Below are positions 37,030-51,389 of a stretch of 64,000 nucleotides of DNA, in pieces (the stretch's first letter is position 1; every line of letters begins with the position of its first letter). A model generated the notes under the pieces. That model worked only from the letters and a program-made list of their open reading frames with translations, ran no database searches and had not been told where the DNA came from. The DNA comes from Neoechinorhynchus agilis (Eukaryota > Animalia > Acanthocephala): NCBI GenBank assembly GCA_051530055.1, contig CM121342.1, positions 11,423,480 through 11,487,479 on the forward strand, in the 5' to 3' direction. The position numbers were made by a program, and so were the translations under genes.

Positions 37030-37745
37030 ACTTGGTTGTAACCCGTCTTCCTCACCATTCCAGGACCGCTACTAGAAATTCGTCCGCTAAACAGAACTTG
37101 AGTCCCAATATACGTTTTACCAGATCTCGACTCCCGTCGAATGATCCCAAAAATCTTCATTTTCAAGAAAATCTAAAGTGGAACAAGCACATATCAATTT
37201 TGTTGCACAAAGGGTCCATTAAGCTCTATCTTCTTAAACGCATCCGATTCCTTGGATTATCATCAAAAGTATTTAATATCACTTTTATATGTCCGCCATC
37301 CGACCAGCGATCACCTACGCATATCCAACCTTCTGCAATTTTTCTTTTAACCTTTTCCAAAAACTTAACACCTTTCACAAAAATGCGCTCTAATCTTGTC
37401 CGCCGAACTCGTGCCCTTGGAAAAACACCTCTATCTTTCATAAACACTCAAAGCGCATTCATTCCCTTTCGCCTCAATTTCTACCACACATTTCTCCTTT
37501 TACTCACACTTACAAAACTCGTCGCCCCTTCCTCGCACAAATTACTAATTAAGCTCTTTCCTCTTTACTGCTCAATCCTCCAAATGCGAATTGATTCGGA
37601 GGAAAGAGCGGAAAACAATGACGAAATAACAACTTAACTGACCCTGCGAATTCGAGTCTCAAGCGAATTCGAATGTTCATGAAGATCCAAAGATACATGG
37701 GTCCTTTTCTTTGTTAATGAACAAATAAACGTGTTATTATAGTAT
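37030..37745 (+). mobile_element. L2/CR1-like LINE 3' fragment with terminal stem-loop
   Basis: FQENLKWNKHI...KLYLLKRIRFLG; stem-loop at about 37683-37707. Confidence 0.7.
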
Positions 37746-37920
37746 GATTTTTAATAACATCGCGACAATTGATCGGGTTACGAATTCTTCAGTTTCTGTT
37801 TCCTGTCTCAATCTTTCCTCCATTTACACCCATTTTTTACGTTTACCAAAGAAATCCAGAATTCCGATAAGATCTTTTCCATCATAATTACTAAAACGAA
37901 ATCCGTTTTGGAAGCATGTC
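37745..37920. repeat. Dispersed repeat; inverted copy at about 48915-49090
   Basis: ggaagcatgtcagaata...ccatcataattactaaaacgaaatccg is present in reverse at about 48905-48960. Confidence 0.75.
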
Positions 37921-38239
37921 AGAATAAACTGGACCGATCTTTGACGCAAGTCAAAATTAGTTCTTGCCTCGACCGCGACCCTCCATGGATAACCCCCATG
38001 TTGAAACTTCTTCAAAGGCAAGCTTCTAAGGCCCATCACAATAACTCTCCACTCTCCCCGTTTACAAAAACCACTTACTAACAAAATAATTATCGCTCGT
38101 AAAAACTTACTTTCCTCTAAAATTCGATCAGGTGGCATCTTAACATAGCGGTGGGCTGTCAAGAACTCTCTTGGTCTACGCCACCCGTATGTTTTCCCTA
38201 ATTTGTCCTCCACTGAATTAAAACAGGTTCTAGATTCCA

Positions 38240-39440
38240 TTAATCAGAACCTCTGCCCTGGCTCAATTTACAATCACTGCTCCACATCAGATACCACACA
38301 ATTTTTCAAGCCCACACCTGAAACTTGTCAACTCGCCAATACTCCCTTTAGTTTCATTATATGAAGTACTACAGTATCTCAAGAAATTTTATCGAAATTC
38401 GTCCTCTCAATCCGAAATCCCAAACTGAGCACTTCGCTACATAATCCCCCAACTTATTGACCCTCTTATCCACATTACAAACCCCAGCTTTTTATATGGC
38501 ATCTACCCCTCATGCCTGAAAACTGCTAAAACTATCCTTATTCCCAAAAAAGGGCATCCTATTTCGATCGAATCATTCCGTCCAATTTCCATTCTGAGCG
38601 CTCTTTCAAAAATCATCGAAAAATGTTTTAAATCTCGCTTTCTATCACTTCTCAACGAAAAGTTATCGCTCCTACAATTTGGCTTCCGGTCCAGATTTTT
38701 TGCAACCGACGCCATACTTTGCATTTATAACACGCTGCAACGTAACCTTGACAATAATCCCTCCCACGTCACCCGCCTCATTCAACTTGATCTACCGAAA
38801 GCATTCGACTCCGTGGACCATTCACTTCTTCTCCGGGCCTGCTCCGATTTTGGTACTTCTCTTTAATATTTTCTTAAACGACTGCAACCTTTTCCAAATC
38901 TCTAATCCGCCGTCTTGAAATTCTTCATAAAAGAGCATCTAAAATTTGCACTGCTGACTTTCGCCCTCTCACCGAATGCCTTGATGCTATTTTCATAAAA
39001 CAATCAAAACGCCTATCAACTCCACCACCATAATTTCTTCCACATATCGCTCCCTTTTCACATGAGCACAACAATCGTAATCCTAATTCGTTTCATCCTC
39101 CTATACCTCGCACCTCCCTATACCTATGCTCCTTTTTATCCTGCCCAATCTTCTCCGATATCAGAACTTGAAATGAATCAGAAGAAAGACCAATCTTACA
39201 AGCGCTCCTGCAAACAATAAAACCCATTTCCCACCAAAAACGGACCTTCCAACCAAACGGGATATTCTCAAACGAACGGACACACTCTCACCCGAACGAA
39301 GCTCTCTTGACTGGATATTCCTATCCTAATGGGTACGCTTTTCTTTTCTTGAACAAAAAGTTTAATAAAATAAACTGTTTCAAAAAAAATAAATTATGAA
39401 CTTGAATGCTAATGACGATCCAAAGGTACATGGGTCCTCC
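38240..39440 (+). mobile_element. L2/CR1-like LINE RT, decayed
   Basis: IPKKGHPISIESFRPISILSALSKIIEK...QFGFR...LDLPKAFDSVDH; 3' stem-loop at about 39415-39438. Confidence 0.8.
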
Positions 39441-39475
39441 AATTTCCTTCTCTGTACCTATTAATTATAAATGTT

Positions 39476-42052
39476 ATGAAATCATTCACACAACCGCTGT
39501 GGATCACTCAGCTGCCGTACTGGTGTAACGGTCGAAAGGACCGATGCAGCGTTCCCTTGTTGCACAGCCGGACTAATGTTTTGTTGGAGGAATGCTCCTG
39601 CCCTCCGATCGCCAGTGACTCGTCTCAATCTCCTAGACAATTGTTTGACCAGGTCCTGCGCTGCAGTAATAAACGATCCGAGCGTCCTGACGCTAAAGGC
39701 AACAAAATAATGATTTCGACTCATGTCCCGGTATTTTGTCTTTTTGCGCTCTTTAGCAGCGGTTGCTGCTCCCCCTGGTTTAATGATGGCGAATTTTTAT
39801 ATTGCTGGCTGCGAGCGTGTCCACGCACGTGGCGTCCCAGAGACGGCATTTTCCTTCTCGCCACGGGAATACTGTGACACCGTCCGGTCTACGGCCATCG
39901 AGTCGGCAAAGATTGCTCGGCTCTAGGATGTTGGGCACATTCACAGTATTCAGGGCACGGCTAAGAATTGAATTCACTTCGGCATGTCATGAGTATCTTC
40001 CGCCTGATTGCTGACAGGCGAGATCATGACGTCCCGATGGTTCCACGGTCGCTCCGTGACGACAGCGATGGGATGTGCACATCGATGCCCCAGGTTTCAG
40101 GGACACTGCAATCCTTACTGTCTCGTCGGAGAGGGTTCTCTTGATCAGGAACAGAGCCTCGTGTGACGATAATTCATCAATTTGTTCGCATAGCACCGAA
40201 AGTTGCGGTTGAAGAATGGCAATCTCTGCTTCAACATTAGAACCGAAAATTCAACATTATAGAAGACTCAATCGGTCTATCCGGGGGCCAGGTTCTGAAA
40301 AATCTTTCACGATAGTTTGCCTGGGCGCCTCATCTGCCATGTTCATCACTAAAATCTCGCATTTCGCGGCATTCAATTCAATGCCAATTTTCGCCGTCTC
40401 TTTCACGAGTGTCTCCAAATCGTGCAGTACAACAGAGGGGTTATCTCCGAGCGTGGCATAATCCAGCTACCGGTCGTTAAAGCTGGACTGGAGAGATTGT
40501 GCGACGGGATTGAATGCGAGTGAGAACGCTATTGGGTCCAAAGGATCCTCTTGTTGAAATCCTCTTTCTGACCACAAAACGTGGTTATTGAACAATAAGG
40601 TGTTGGAGTCCCACAGGCATTAACGAAATAGCGAAATGCTTCTGGTGCGTGATCTCTAACTACTTCGAGCAAATCCGATCGGTGAACTGTGTTCAATGCA
40701 TTCTTGAAATTACATTTCACGATTACGCACGGCTTTGAGTTTCCGGTGATGAACGTGCGGAGTGAATGTACAATTGCATCTATGCCCCAAGATGTACAGC
40801 AGTCTAACTCAGTAGGGCGAAGCAGCATCCCTACTTTTTCCGCGATCCTTTTATTTAAAATTTTTGCTGTTAAGCTGCGCAGAGTCGTTCCAATTGAAAT
40901 GGGACGAATCCCACCTTCCTTTTTTTGCGAGGGTACACAAAGATGAGCCGAAAAATAACTCAATTGCTTTCGGAATCAACTCCCCTGCAAATTGGTCGAC
41001 TAGGCGTGCCAATGCATCTGCAAGGGACCGAGCAGCGTCACCCACTGAAAAGGAAGTCATATCTTTTAGGCGTTGGGGCCGCAGCCCGTCTACCCCGTGA
41101 GCTGATTCGTTAGCAAAAGAGGAGATTGCCGTCTTCACTTCTGATTTCGATGATAAAATATAAGGAATCGTATCGAAGGAGGAGGATTTAACGAAAAACT
41201 GCCGATCGCCGTCACTCGGATGTTTGAAACGAAGAGCTCGTAAAGTTTCTTCGTTATCTTTGGCGAGACTGTCCATTGATGATAAAAGACGAACTGCTCC
41301 TCTGACATCTCCGCCTGTGAGCTTTAAAGAAACGCGTCCAGCAAGCGACCGATTTGAGTTTCAGCGGTGGTCACGCTCCTGGACACACTCCTTACGTAGC
41401 TCGCATGCTATCGAAAGGCACCGAGTAAAATTTTCGCCAAAAGAACTTATTCGCTCTTTTATTTTTGTGGTCAGAGATCAATGAGAAACATCACCAGCGG
41501 TAACACTAGTCTAGGGAACGCAAAGAGACGCATCCACGACAACTCTGAGTTAGCCTCGATGCAGTCTGTCAATAAAGTGGTGAATCTCTTTGCGGCCTGA
41601 TATCGCGCGCCCCTTGGGATTCTTTTCAGAACGTTCCCGGGCATAAATCGCACAATATTCCCTACAAATGGAATTTCATTTTGTACTGGTGATGTCGTGA
41701 GAAGATTCTGGCGCATACCATCAATGGACTTAGGGGGTGAACTGGAACCGCTGCAGCGTGAATTACGGGGTCCACAGACCCTAAGAACTCCTGTTTTCGT
41801 CAGAGAGAAAAACCCACCGCAAACCTCACATAACCCTGTTGAAAAGCTCTGTCGTGTGGTACCCTCGGCTGACGAAGTTGAAATAATCACATTAACGTTG
41901 TTCTTTCGACTTGGCTCGTTTTGGACAGGCAAGTTTTCGTCTTCATATTGTGGTCTAGCATCCAGGTTCCGAGCGAAGCGAGGAGACGGTATCGGTGTCG
42001 TCGATGATGGAGGCGGCATCGGTATCGCAGTCGGTGGTGGATGCAACATCGG
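39476..42052 (-). mobile_element. Near full-length decayed CRE-like RLE non-LTR retrotransposon
   Basis: N-terminal Zn finger CEVCG, GIRPISIGTTLR, FKNALN, RT core, then CCHC plus PD..D endonuclease; many frameshifts. Confidence 0.88.
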
Positions 42053-42059
42053 TCATTAA

Positions 42060-42590
42060 ATTTACGTAGCTAACGATGAGGAACATTTAGCTAACATACG
42101 AAGAGTGTTACAGAGATTGCAGGAAGCTGGCGTCAACGTTAAGAAGAAAAAATGTACTTTTATGAACAGATCTATATGATTTTTGGGAGATGTTCTTGAA
42201 GATGGAGTTTGCCGAGCAGATGAGAAGAAAGTCAAAGATTTGGTGGATGCCAGCTCACCGGTGGACAAGCAAGAACTGAGAACATTTCTTGGCGCAGTGA
42301 GTTTTCATGAAAAATTCATTCCACAGTTTCAATCCAAGTGTGCAAGAAAGGATCAAAGATGGATCCGGAACGAGAGCTCAGAGAGTTGTTTATATGCAGT
42401 AAAGAAAGCGGTTGAAGCGATGAGTACTGACCTGCAACGTTAGCAAGAATTGAGTCCAGTGGTGTTCTCACCCAGAAAATTAAGCAAAGTCGAAATGAAT
42501 TATTCAACAGTAGAAAAAGAGGCCCGGGCAATTTTATTTTGAGTCAAACGATCCTATCAATACTTTTATCGGCGATTTTGCATTTGAGGA
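42060..42590 (+). mobile_element. Gypsy RT/RNase H remnant
   Basis: NDEEHLANIRRVLQRL, ELRTFLGAVSFHEKFIP, NYSTVEKEARAI. Confidence 0.75.
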
Positions 42591-42830
42591 TATCCAACCG
42601 CAACCTTGCAGTTAAGATCTTAAAGAACGCGATTGGAACCATCGATAAAGATGATAATGAAGATGCAACGTTTGAGGCAATAAAAGAGGCCAAGGGAGAA
42701 CGAGCTAATATAGCAGTTTCCCAAGAAATGTTCAAGTACTGTGGTCATCGGTGTATGATTCTTGAGCAATACGAAATGGATCTTCATGTGTTTATGATCA
42801 CATTTTGTGACCAATGCAAATAAATCCATT
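42590..42830 (+). pseudogene. CMGC kinase pseudogene fragment, copy 3
   Basis: SNRNLAVKILKNAIG...MILEQYEMDLHV. Confidence 0.75.
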
Positions 42831-44313
42831 GTTCTAAACCAATTCATTTATTCCGCAAATGTAATTACTGCGCGTTGATGGCGTTAATATTGGTGTCAAG
42901 TTCATTCTTCTGACTTTGACAGTGATTCCGTGGAAATCAGATGTACGTTTTTTGGAAGAAAGATTACCTTAGCAGTTTTCAGGCATGAGCGAATTTCGAG
43001 GTATTTTTTGAGATGTTGGAAGACTTCGTAGGACGGAACTAAGGGGAGTATTGGAGTTTTGACAGAAGTTTCAGTTGTGGGAGTGATAGTTTTGTGTGGA
43101 ATCTAAGATGGGCAATGACCGTAATTGGAGTCAGGGCAGATGCCCTGATTGATGGAATCTAGAAAATGTTTCAGTTCAGAAGAGGACAAATTTAGGAACG
43201 CATCACTATTGCTAAGGCTGCTTGCTACCTGGCTGCGCTAATCGCATTGAATCGTTCAAATCAATGTGCTTTTATGTTAGTTTAACATTTTTCAACATCC
43301 ATTAATGCTGAATGTCTCGGCTAATGTTCGTCGATCCTAAGAGAAAAGCACCGTAGATTACATGCAAAATAGCAATAAAGGAATTCCTGGAAGATTCGCT
43401 ATCAGACAAATGGATTACATAGAATTAACGTATGGAACAATTAGAATCATAAACGTGGTGACAAAAATGGTGTCCTAATTTATTTACTATGTTAGACAAA
43501 TTAAACCATGGCGCGGACAAAATTCGCTCATAAGCATTTCAAACGATAATAAGGGCGATTTGGTTAAGAGACCATAAAGAATAATCGGTCAGAACGATTC
43601 ATCGATTGTTCATATTCAGCCCACAAACTTCTCTATAAGACTTGCAAAATTCTCATAAAATTCAAAGCTACAAATGAATTCCATTATAGATTCCATTTAA
43701 AAATTAAAGTTAATTGTTGAATTATTTGGAACTATACATTTATGTGATATTTTCAGGTTTAGGATTGGCGTACAAGGTTTCGAGAATTCAATCGACGCTG
43801 AACAATAAAGATTCTATGAAATTTAGGCGAACAGTGCGACGCTGTAACGCAAAATTGATACCTATGCTCGTAATCCTGTTAGAAAAACGTCAAACACTAA
43901 TTTTATCGACTTACCAAAGATCCTTTTGATGAAATACCGTTTCATCGCTTGCGCTGATGCGAAGATCAAGAAAGCGCCAGTTCGTTTCGTTCTAAGAGCA
44001 CGAACAAGGGCAGCGTCGGAGTATTTAGCAAAAAACAAAAGAATCGACGGAAAACGCCGTATGAAATATGAAATGGAGACTAATTAGTTCGTGATGCGAA
44101 TCAGATGACATTTCGTTTTTAGTTGAACGTTAAATTTTAGACTCTGGGGTGCTTTAGAAGTCGAACTTTATCATTGATGTTATTTTTTTGATGGATATTA
44201 AATGGTAAATTCCGAATGTAAATGAAGTTCACAGCTTTACTATTAAAAACTCAATTGCTAGACAAAATTGCGACTAATAGATAATGAATTTACAAATTTG
44301 TTGTCTTCAAATG

Positions 44314-46275
44314 TTATGTTTGTTCGGCTGCTTCCTTGATGGCCGCGGCATTGCCGCGTTGGATCGCCGCGCTGATTCGCTGCAACAGGAAGCTGCTGGA
44401 TCGCATATCGCCGGTGGCATGTTTTAGCATCCCTCCCAGTCGTGAGAGGAAATAATCGGCTTCTTTTCCGAGACTTCCCAGTGTTTCCACCGCAATCGGG
44501 ATGAAAATATATTGATGCCCACCGAGCGAGGAGTACTTCTGCCGCTTCTTTTCCTCGCTGAAGCTGGCGACTGCTCCCGCCTTTGAGGCGGCATCCCGTA
44601 AGTGGAATGCTGCGAGCGTGTTGGGGCAGGTAAAATCCCAAACCAGTATTTTCCCGGAGCACCATGGGAGGAGAGTTGCTCCATCAGGGCGTTTACCGTC
44701 GTTCCGGGAGAGCCCAACTGGTTCGAGTCGAGCTGGAAAACCGGCCGTTGAGAGTGCCTCCCTGATTATGCGGTTGACTGCTGAGTGCCGTGCGTGCCGA
44801 GCAGTTGAACGCTTGCAGTCAAGGCCGTGAGTTCCCGATCCGTTCACTGTCTCACCGCACCGACACGTATATGAGCCTGAGAATTTGATGCCCAACCGAT
44901 GTCCCACAGCGACGGTGATGGCCTGATCATCCAGCCTCGTGCCAACAGATGTGATTGGGAAAGCCTTCAAGAAGTCGCTGGAGTGTGGAGCTGAGACTGC
45001 CAGGAGACGAGCTCTATCGTTGGGAGATGAGCATGAGTTAAGAAGCTGCTGATAACACGCAGTGTGGAGCAAGGCAGTTCAACGTTTTTGGGAGTTTGTT
45101 TCCGTTGGAACGACCTGCCCGAACACTGACGTCCATTGAGCGTGCGCTTCGATCAGTTCAGGCGGTGGATGTGACTCGTGTCGAATGTGTGGTGGGATGA
45201 TTCTCAGCACCAGGTCTGAAGAGACCGAGATCGACGACGAAAAGGCAGGAATTGCTACTTCGGTGGCACTCTGGATGCCAAGACCGCCGAATCGAATGGG
45301 AAGGATCGCCTGTTTCCATGCTGTGTCGGACAGTCGTAGGTTAAGTACTTCTGGCAGGGTTGATCGAACGCTGTTGTCGAAATCCCTGGTGAGCACTGAC
45401 TTGAAGCATGGAGAAGTCCTCAGAAGGTACGCAATCTTCGGTAGCGACAGACATCGTGATAATATGAACAGAGCGTCGTGTCGCGCGATGTGCAAGAGCC
45501 TGGAGGCAATGAGCCGCAATTGATCGATGTCTTTTGAGAGGAACGTTTCCAGGTTAGAAAGGTTACCGATTGGAGACCCGAGAATGTCAGCTGAGTCGGT
45601 TGCAGTTGTCTTTGCTCCGGGTAGTACGGTGAGCAGTTTAGATGCATTCTCTTGGTCGTCCGAGATTATCTCGCATTTGTCCGTTCTCAGGAATAGTCCG
45701 ATATCGGCATCCATTTCGGAGATTCTGTTGATGTCGCGGATGAGCTGGTCGATCTCCCCTCCAATGCAACAGTCGTCGAGGTACCAGATCGACAACTCAG
45801 ACGAAGAACTGTGGGCAAGATGATTGATCTTCAATGCGAACAGCAGAGGACCTAGGGGATCATCTTGTTGAACGCCGTCTGCTGATTTGACCTGGAACTC
45901 GCTGAACAGCAGCATGCTGGACTGGTCGAACCACAAGGACACGTACTGGTAGATTTCTGGTAGGTGCTGGTGGACAGCCTCTGTCATCGCGGTGCGGCAT
46001 ATTGAATTGAACGCATTCTCCATGTCAAGCTTGACCATAGCCGTTCCCTTATGGATACCATTCAAACCATACGCTCGTGCTGCATGCACGGCTGCCTCGG
46101 CTCCAGCAGGAACTGCGACTCCTAATTGAACTGGCAAGAGTTGATCAATAAATCGATCGGTGGCGAACTGACACGCGACTTTGGATGCCAGTCGACGGAA
46201 GGTACAACCAACGGCAATGGGACGAACCCCTCCACCTTTTTTTGTGAAAGCGATCAGCTTGGCACCGCAGAGTAG
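44314..46275 (-). mobile_element. CRE-like RLE non-LTR retrotransposon (RT plus endonuclease), 5'-truncated
   Basis: GVRPIAVG, DMENAFN, GVQQDDPLGPLLF, WYLDD, GGLGI, CRCG...HGLDC, KRPDG...WDFT. Confidence 0.92.
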
Positions 46276-46769
46276 ACGCGCGACTCAATTATTTAAAAAA
46301 AATATTTTCGGAAAAACCATTGGGTAACCACGAGAATGAGATTGCCAATCGGAAATTATCCATTCATCCGTGTCTCTATCCTATTAAACTAGAGATTAAG
46401 AATTTTTTTAATCTAAAAGGGTGCTCATCATAGATTTCGCATTCTTCAACTTTCGACTTTTACATAATACCTATCTTCGAGGTTTCTTTTTTATACTAAA
46501 AGTCCTCAAGCTCTAGAATCTTAACATTGATACTACTATCCACCTCAATAATAATTTGTGTTCTTTGGTGATTATAAAAATAGAGACTGCTTTATTGATC
46601 TCAATATTTCGTCCGTCTCGTCGGACTTTTACAGGTCTAAAAGATAACTCAGGATGGCTTTATCCTAAGTTTTAGCCTATAATCCGCCATATTTGACTGG
46701 AATGTGTCACGATAGTTTCGCATCAATACACTGACGTTGTCGAAATCAATCTCGTGATTTGATGTCGAG

Positions 46770-47890
46770 TGACTCACCACTGCGGAGCTTTGGTCCGTTT
46801 TCTTTTTGAACGGGTTTCGAGGCTCACCAATCCTGCGTCGTAGATTGTTAGTCTGTCCGATTTAGACTTGTTGGCAGTCTTTACAGGATATCTCGTAGAT
46901 AAAATTGGCCAATGGATTGACAATACTGGACAATTTCTTGCCGACCTCAGGATTCGATTCGCGTCGAGCTCCATTGATCGTTAGTGAATTGAACTTCCAA
47001 ACGAAAACCCGTTCTTTTGGGTCGTTTCGCTTCTTGAAGGTAGCATAGCGTGCGTCCCGAATACAGCGAGCTATCTTGCTACCCGGATACCCTCTCTTTA
47101 TCAGCATGTCCCTCAGCAGATGTAGTTCACGGCGTAAGCGATTCTGATCAGAGCAATATCGAAATGATATGTTTACTAAGGTTCTGATTAGCAAAATGGC
47201 AAATGACATCTTAAATGATACAGCATTTCAGAAGTTGACAGCCTCGCTGAAGGTCAAAAGGGAAAAAGAGCTTAATAGCTTTCTCCTAAGACTTACAAGG
47301 ATGGGAAAGAACTCTGAGACGGACTACAAGGATATAAGATCAGCAAATGCTCGCAATCCCAAAATGTACCTTATGGCCAAAATGCATAAAGATCCCATCA
47401 AAATGCGACCAGCAAGGTCGCAAAAAAATTGGCAGGTTTTCTGAGACCCAGTAGTGCGATTGTCGTGGCGTTTGCCTATGACTTTCTTGCGAGAATCAAA
47501 TCCGTAACTGAACAGACGATATATTTATACTCTCGGCGGATGTTAGATTAATGTTTACTAGGATACCTACTGAAGAAGCAATTGAGCTTGCAATTTCAAT
47601 CCTAGAACAAACTGACACGTGGAAGCTAAGCAAAGTGGAATGGAGATAATTACTCCAGTTCTGTACAAAGTACACGAACTTTGAGCTTGAAGATGATAAC
47701 TGTGACGAGATTGATGGTATCGCAATGGGTGGGACACCATTCGATCGCTCAATTGAAATGAAATGGATCGCGAAGTTGATTTATGTAAGCGAACGCTCGA
47801 GCACGGCATCAACCTTTTTTGCTTACCAAAACTCAAACTAAACTGTAGGAAACACATAGCGATCAAAATTCTCATTTAAAACTTAAATGA
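46770..47890. mobile_element. Penelope-like element with internal inversion (RT N-part on +; thumb and GIY-YIG on -)
   Basis: Plus strand: PKMYLMAKMHKDPIKMRP, GIAMG. Minus strand: RGYP, IYEISCKDC, IGQT. Confidence 0.8.
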
Positions 47891-49329
47891 ATCCCGAGGG
47901 TAACACTTAAGAGCATTGGCTAGACATAGGTCCGCGTTTTAAAAACACTGAAGTAAAGTGAAAGCTCATCTTAGTCATAATCCGGAAAGGCCTGGAACTA
48001 TAAAGCAGGCAGCACAAAAAAGATCATTGTGTTGGCATAGTGATGGATGCTTTGAATTTGAAGCTTTGATTGAAGACACTCAACATCACTTAAAGAACGT
48101 TGATGTTTGAGGAAGACAAATTCGAATTACAAAGAGCTTTTTGCAAGGATATTCATCGAACCTAAAATCTGAACAGTGCCAAAAACGTAGCTGTGTAATA
48201 CACTGTTGATTCTACCTTCTCCACTGGATCTGCAACGTACAATTATTTTGATTAATAATTCCAGTTATTTCCTCCAGGATTCTCACGATATCCGTTTCGA
48301 TTAAAAATATGCTTAAATTTTCGTGCTGCTAGTCAGCAAATGAAGACTTTCTTTTCTGTTGTGTTAACTAGCTGTTGTATCCCCAAATCCACCGGGATCA
48401 TCGGCCTCAAACGGATTTCTTTAACTGCAACCATTCGCCCACGGTCCTGCACAATCTCGAGCGTCTGCTGCATCATCGCCGATATAAACATCGTATTCGT
48501 TGGGTTTATTCCGCCGCTTATAAATCGCGGCTTGAGCGTTGACCAAATTATCTTCACCTTTCTGAAGGTTACACTTCGTTGATATTGTTTCTGTCAGAAT
48601 CGAAGGAATCACATTCCGTCTCAGACAATTTATTGTTTACCATCAAAATCCGTCTAAAAAGTCCATATTATTGAACTACTTTGCTGATAGTATTTTAGAA
48701 TCGATTGAGTCCTGTTTCACATACTTACAGAAGCTATAACGGGAAAGAGTAACCCGGTTATATGCACTGCGTTGGCTCTTAAACATAGCCCATACCAACT
48801 CATTCCATTAATTGCTCACAGTATTCCTCTACGGGTACAAATCGAGTAGATAACCACCAATATTCTTTTGTGGAAAACGATATCAGGTTCATCGATCATT
48901 TCCTGCTATTCTGACATGCTTCCAAAACGGATTTCGTTTTAGTAATTATGATGGAAAAGATCTCATCGGAATCCTGAATTTGTTTGGTAAACGTCGAAAT
49001 GGGTGTAAATGGAGGAAAGATTAAGATAGGAAACAGAAACTAACGACTTCGTAACCCGATCAATTGTCTCAATGTTATTAAAAACCATATTAATGGTCTA
49101 AAGCACAAAGGAAAGTTTCCCAATTAGTACGGAGGTCTGCATAACGCTTTGACAGGTAGTTGCGAATTTATGAATGACAGGGATGTAAGCAAAAGCGAAT
49201 TTGCCAATGACGAAGCTGCTGGTAATGCATATGATTTCATTACTGAGTCTGGGAAGAAAAAGATTGGCTATAATCTCTCGAGGGAAATACTTAGTTCTTA
49301 AAGGACGAAAATGGACATCCCCTTAATCT

Positions 49330-49800
49330 AGGGCTTGTGAACCGAACTCGATTGGCGGCAGCCTCTACAAGAGAATCGGGTGCTTGGCTCAACGCTATCC
49401 CAATCGCTTCTGTGAATACTCTTCTCTCCGACGAGACAGTAAGGATTGCAGTGTCCCTTAGACTTGGGGTACCGATGTACACATCCCATCGCTGCCGTTG
49501 CGGAGCGACCGTGGAACCATCGGGACACCATGATATCGTCTGTCCGTAACGAGGCGGAAGGTATTCACGACACGGCGAAGTGAACGCAATTCTTAGTCGT
49601 GCCCTGAATACTGTGAATGCGCCCAACATCCTAGAACCGATCAATCTTTGCCGACTCGATGGCCGTAGACCGGACGGTGTCACAGTATTCCCGTGGCAAC
49701 GTGCGTGGACACGCTCGCAGCCAGCAATATAAAAATTCGCCATCATTAAACCAGGGGGAGCAGCAACCGCCGCTAAAGAGCGCAAAAGGACCTGATACAG
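49330..49800 (+). mobile_element. CRE-like RLE fragment
   Basis: RESGAWLNAIP...HRCRCG...RPDGVTVFPW. Confidence 0.85.
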
Positions 49801-49849
49801 AGACCTGAGTCGCAAGAGAACCTATAAGAGAAGAAGAGTAGGGTATTGA

Positions 49850-50620
49850 TTATAATAACACGTTTTATTTGTTAACTCACAAAGAAGAGGACCTATGTAC
49901 TTTGGGTCCTCATAAACACTCGAGTTCTGATTGGATAAATCAATCTGGCTATTGATTTTGGAGTGGATTAAGAGTCCGTTCGTTGAGAGCTTGTAAGGTT
50001 GGTATTTCCTCAGATTCGTTTCAAGTTATGATATCCGGGAAAATTGGGAAGCAAATAAAAACGAGGGTAGGTATAGAGAGGTGCGAGATTGAGGGATAAT
50101 GAAACGAATTAGGATTATGAGTGTTGTGCTCGTATGAAAAGGGAGCGATATGTAGTAAAAATTGTGGCAATAGGGTTGAAAGGCGTTTTGATTGTTTTAT
50201 GAAAATAGCATCAAGGCATTCGGTGAGAATGGAAAGTCAACTGTACAAATATTAGATGCTCTTTTATGAAACATCGTACGTAAATTGAGGCCCCCCATTC
50301 TGGACGGTTCTCGCTATATGTGTGGAAGGAAAGATACCCGGGAGGGATGGCTGAATTGCATTTGACGGGGTAAGCCATGTTTCTGTTAAGATGATAACGT
50401 CGGCTTTTGAAGTAGATGAAATAAGTGATATTTTATCTAGTTTAGGGAGGAAGCCTCAAGCGCCGGAGTAGATTACGGTGAAGGGAATTATGGGTTTGGG
50501 TAAATTCGGGTGGAAATAAGGGAGATTTATGTTCCTTTGGGTACCATAAATGATTAATTAAGAGAGGAATCGATACAAGTCTTCGGTCTCAAAGGACTGA
50601 TTACCCAAAAGAGAGATGTA
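49850..50620 (-). mobile_element. L2/CR1-like LINE 3' fragment
   Basis: 3' stem-loop at 49888-49910; similar to 38940-39200 in reverse. Confidence 0.65.
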
Positions 50621-50769
50621 CTAGATTGAATCGAAAATTTGTGTTGGGATTAGTTATTGGCAGCTACGATTGTATATGCCGATTTATGGTTGCTGCATTC
50701 ATAATCCAATTTACCATCGGGAGCCTGGCTAAATGCGCTCTCCGCCCCGACAATCGGAACTCTTCTAGA

Positions 50770-51388
50770 GGATTCTACGTTAAGGGTCGCAGTTTCTTTA
50801 AGATTGGGCCAGGATATTTGTATCCCGCATCGCTGTCGCAGCGGCTCTATAGTTGACGCTAATGGCAGACGCGGCTTCTGTTGTATAATGTCCAGAGGGA
50901 GGTTTCCAAGACACGCAGAGTTGAACTCAATTTTGAGTAGAGCCCTAGATTCCGTTCACGTGCCCAATATTCTAGAGCTGAGTAATTTATGCCGCCTAGA
51001 CCGCAAGCGACCTGACGGTGTCACGGTTTTTCCATGGCGGGAGGGAAAACCGCTTTTATGGGAAGCGACTTGTGTGGACACGCTTGCGCCCAGTAATTTT
51101 CCCTTTTCAAAAAAGAGCCCTGGAGGTTCAGTGGTCGCAGCTGAGGAACGAAAGCGTTCAAAATATAGAGAGCTATTAAGGAATTACCATTTCGTCCCTT
51201 TCGCCGTGGAAACGTATGGAGCCTTGGGACCGTCAGCGCTCACTCTCCTCGGCGATTTGGGACGAAGGACGAAAAGAATGACGGGGGAACCGCGCTCTAG
51301 AAATTTCCTCGCTCAACGAATCGCAATCGCGATACAGCGAGGCAACGCTGCCGGTATACTGGCAACGTCGGGATGTTTACAGGAATGA
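50770..51388 (+). mobile_element. CRE-like RLE 3' fragment
   Basis: ORF 50804..51388 with RPDGVTVFPWREGK, PFAVETYG and IAIQRGNA. Confidence 0.9.
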
Positions 51389-51389
51389 A

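Noticed and set aside
43508-44090. MARTK start suggesting histone H3 or CENP-A
   Set aside because: The frame stops after 13 codons and no histone fold is recognisable downstream.
46690-46760. Hammerhead downstream of the second Penelope GIY-YIG
   Set aside because: A small hairpin followed by GAAAC exists on the minus strand, but there is no CUGANGA upstream.
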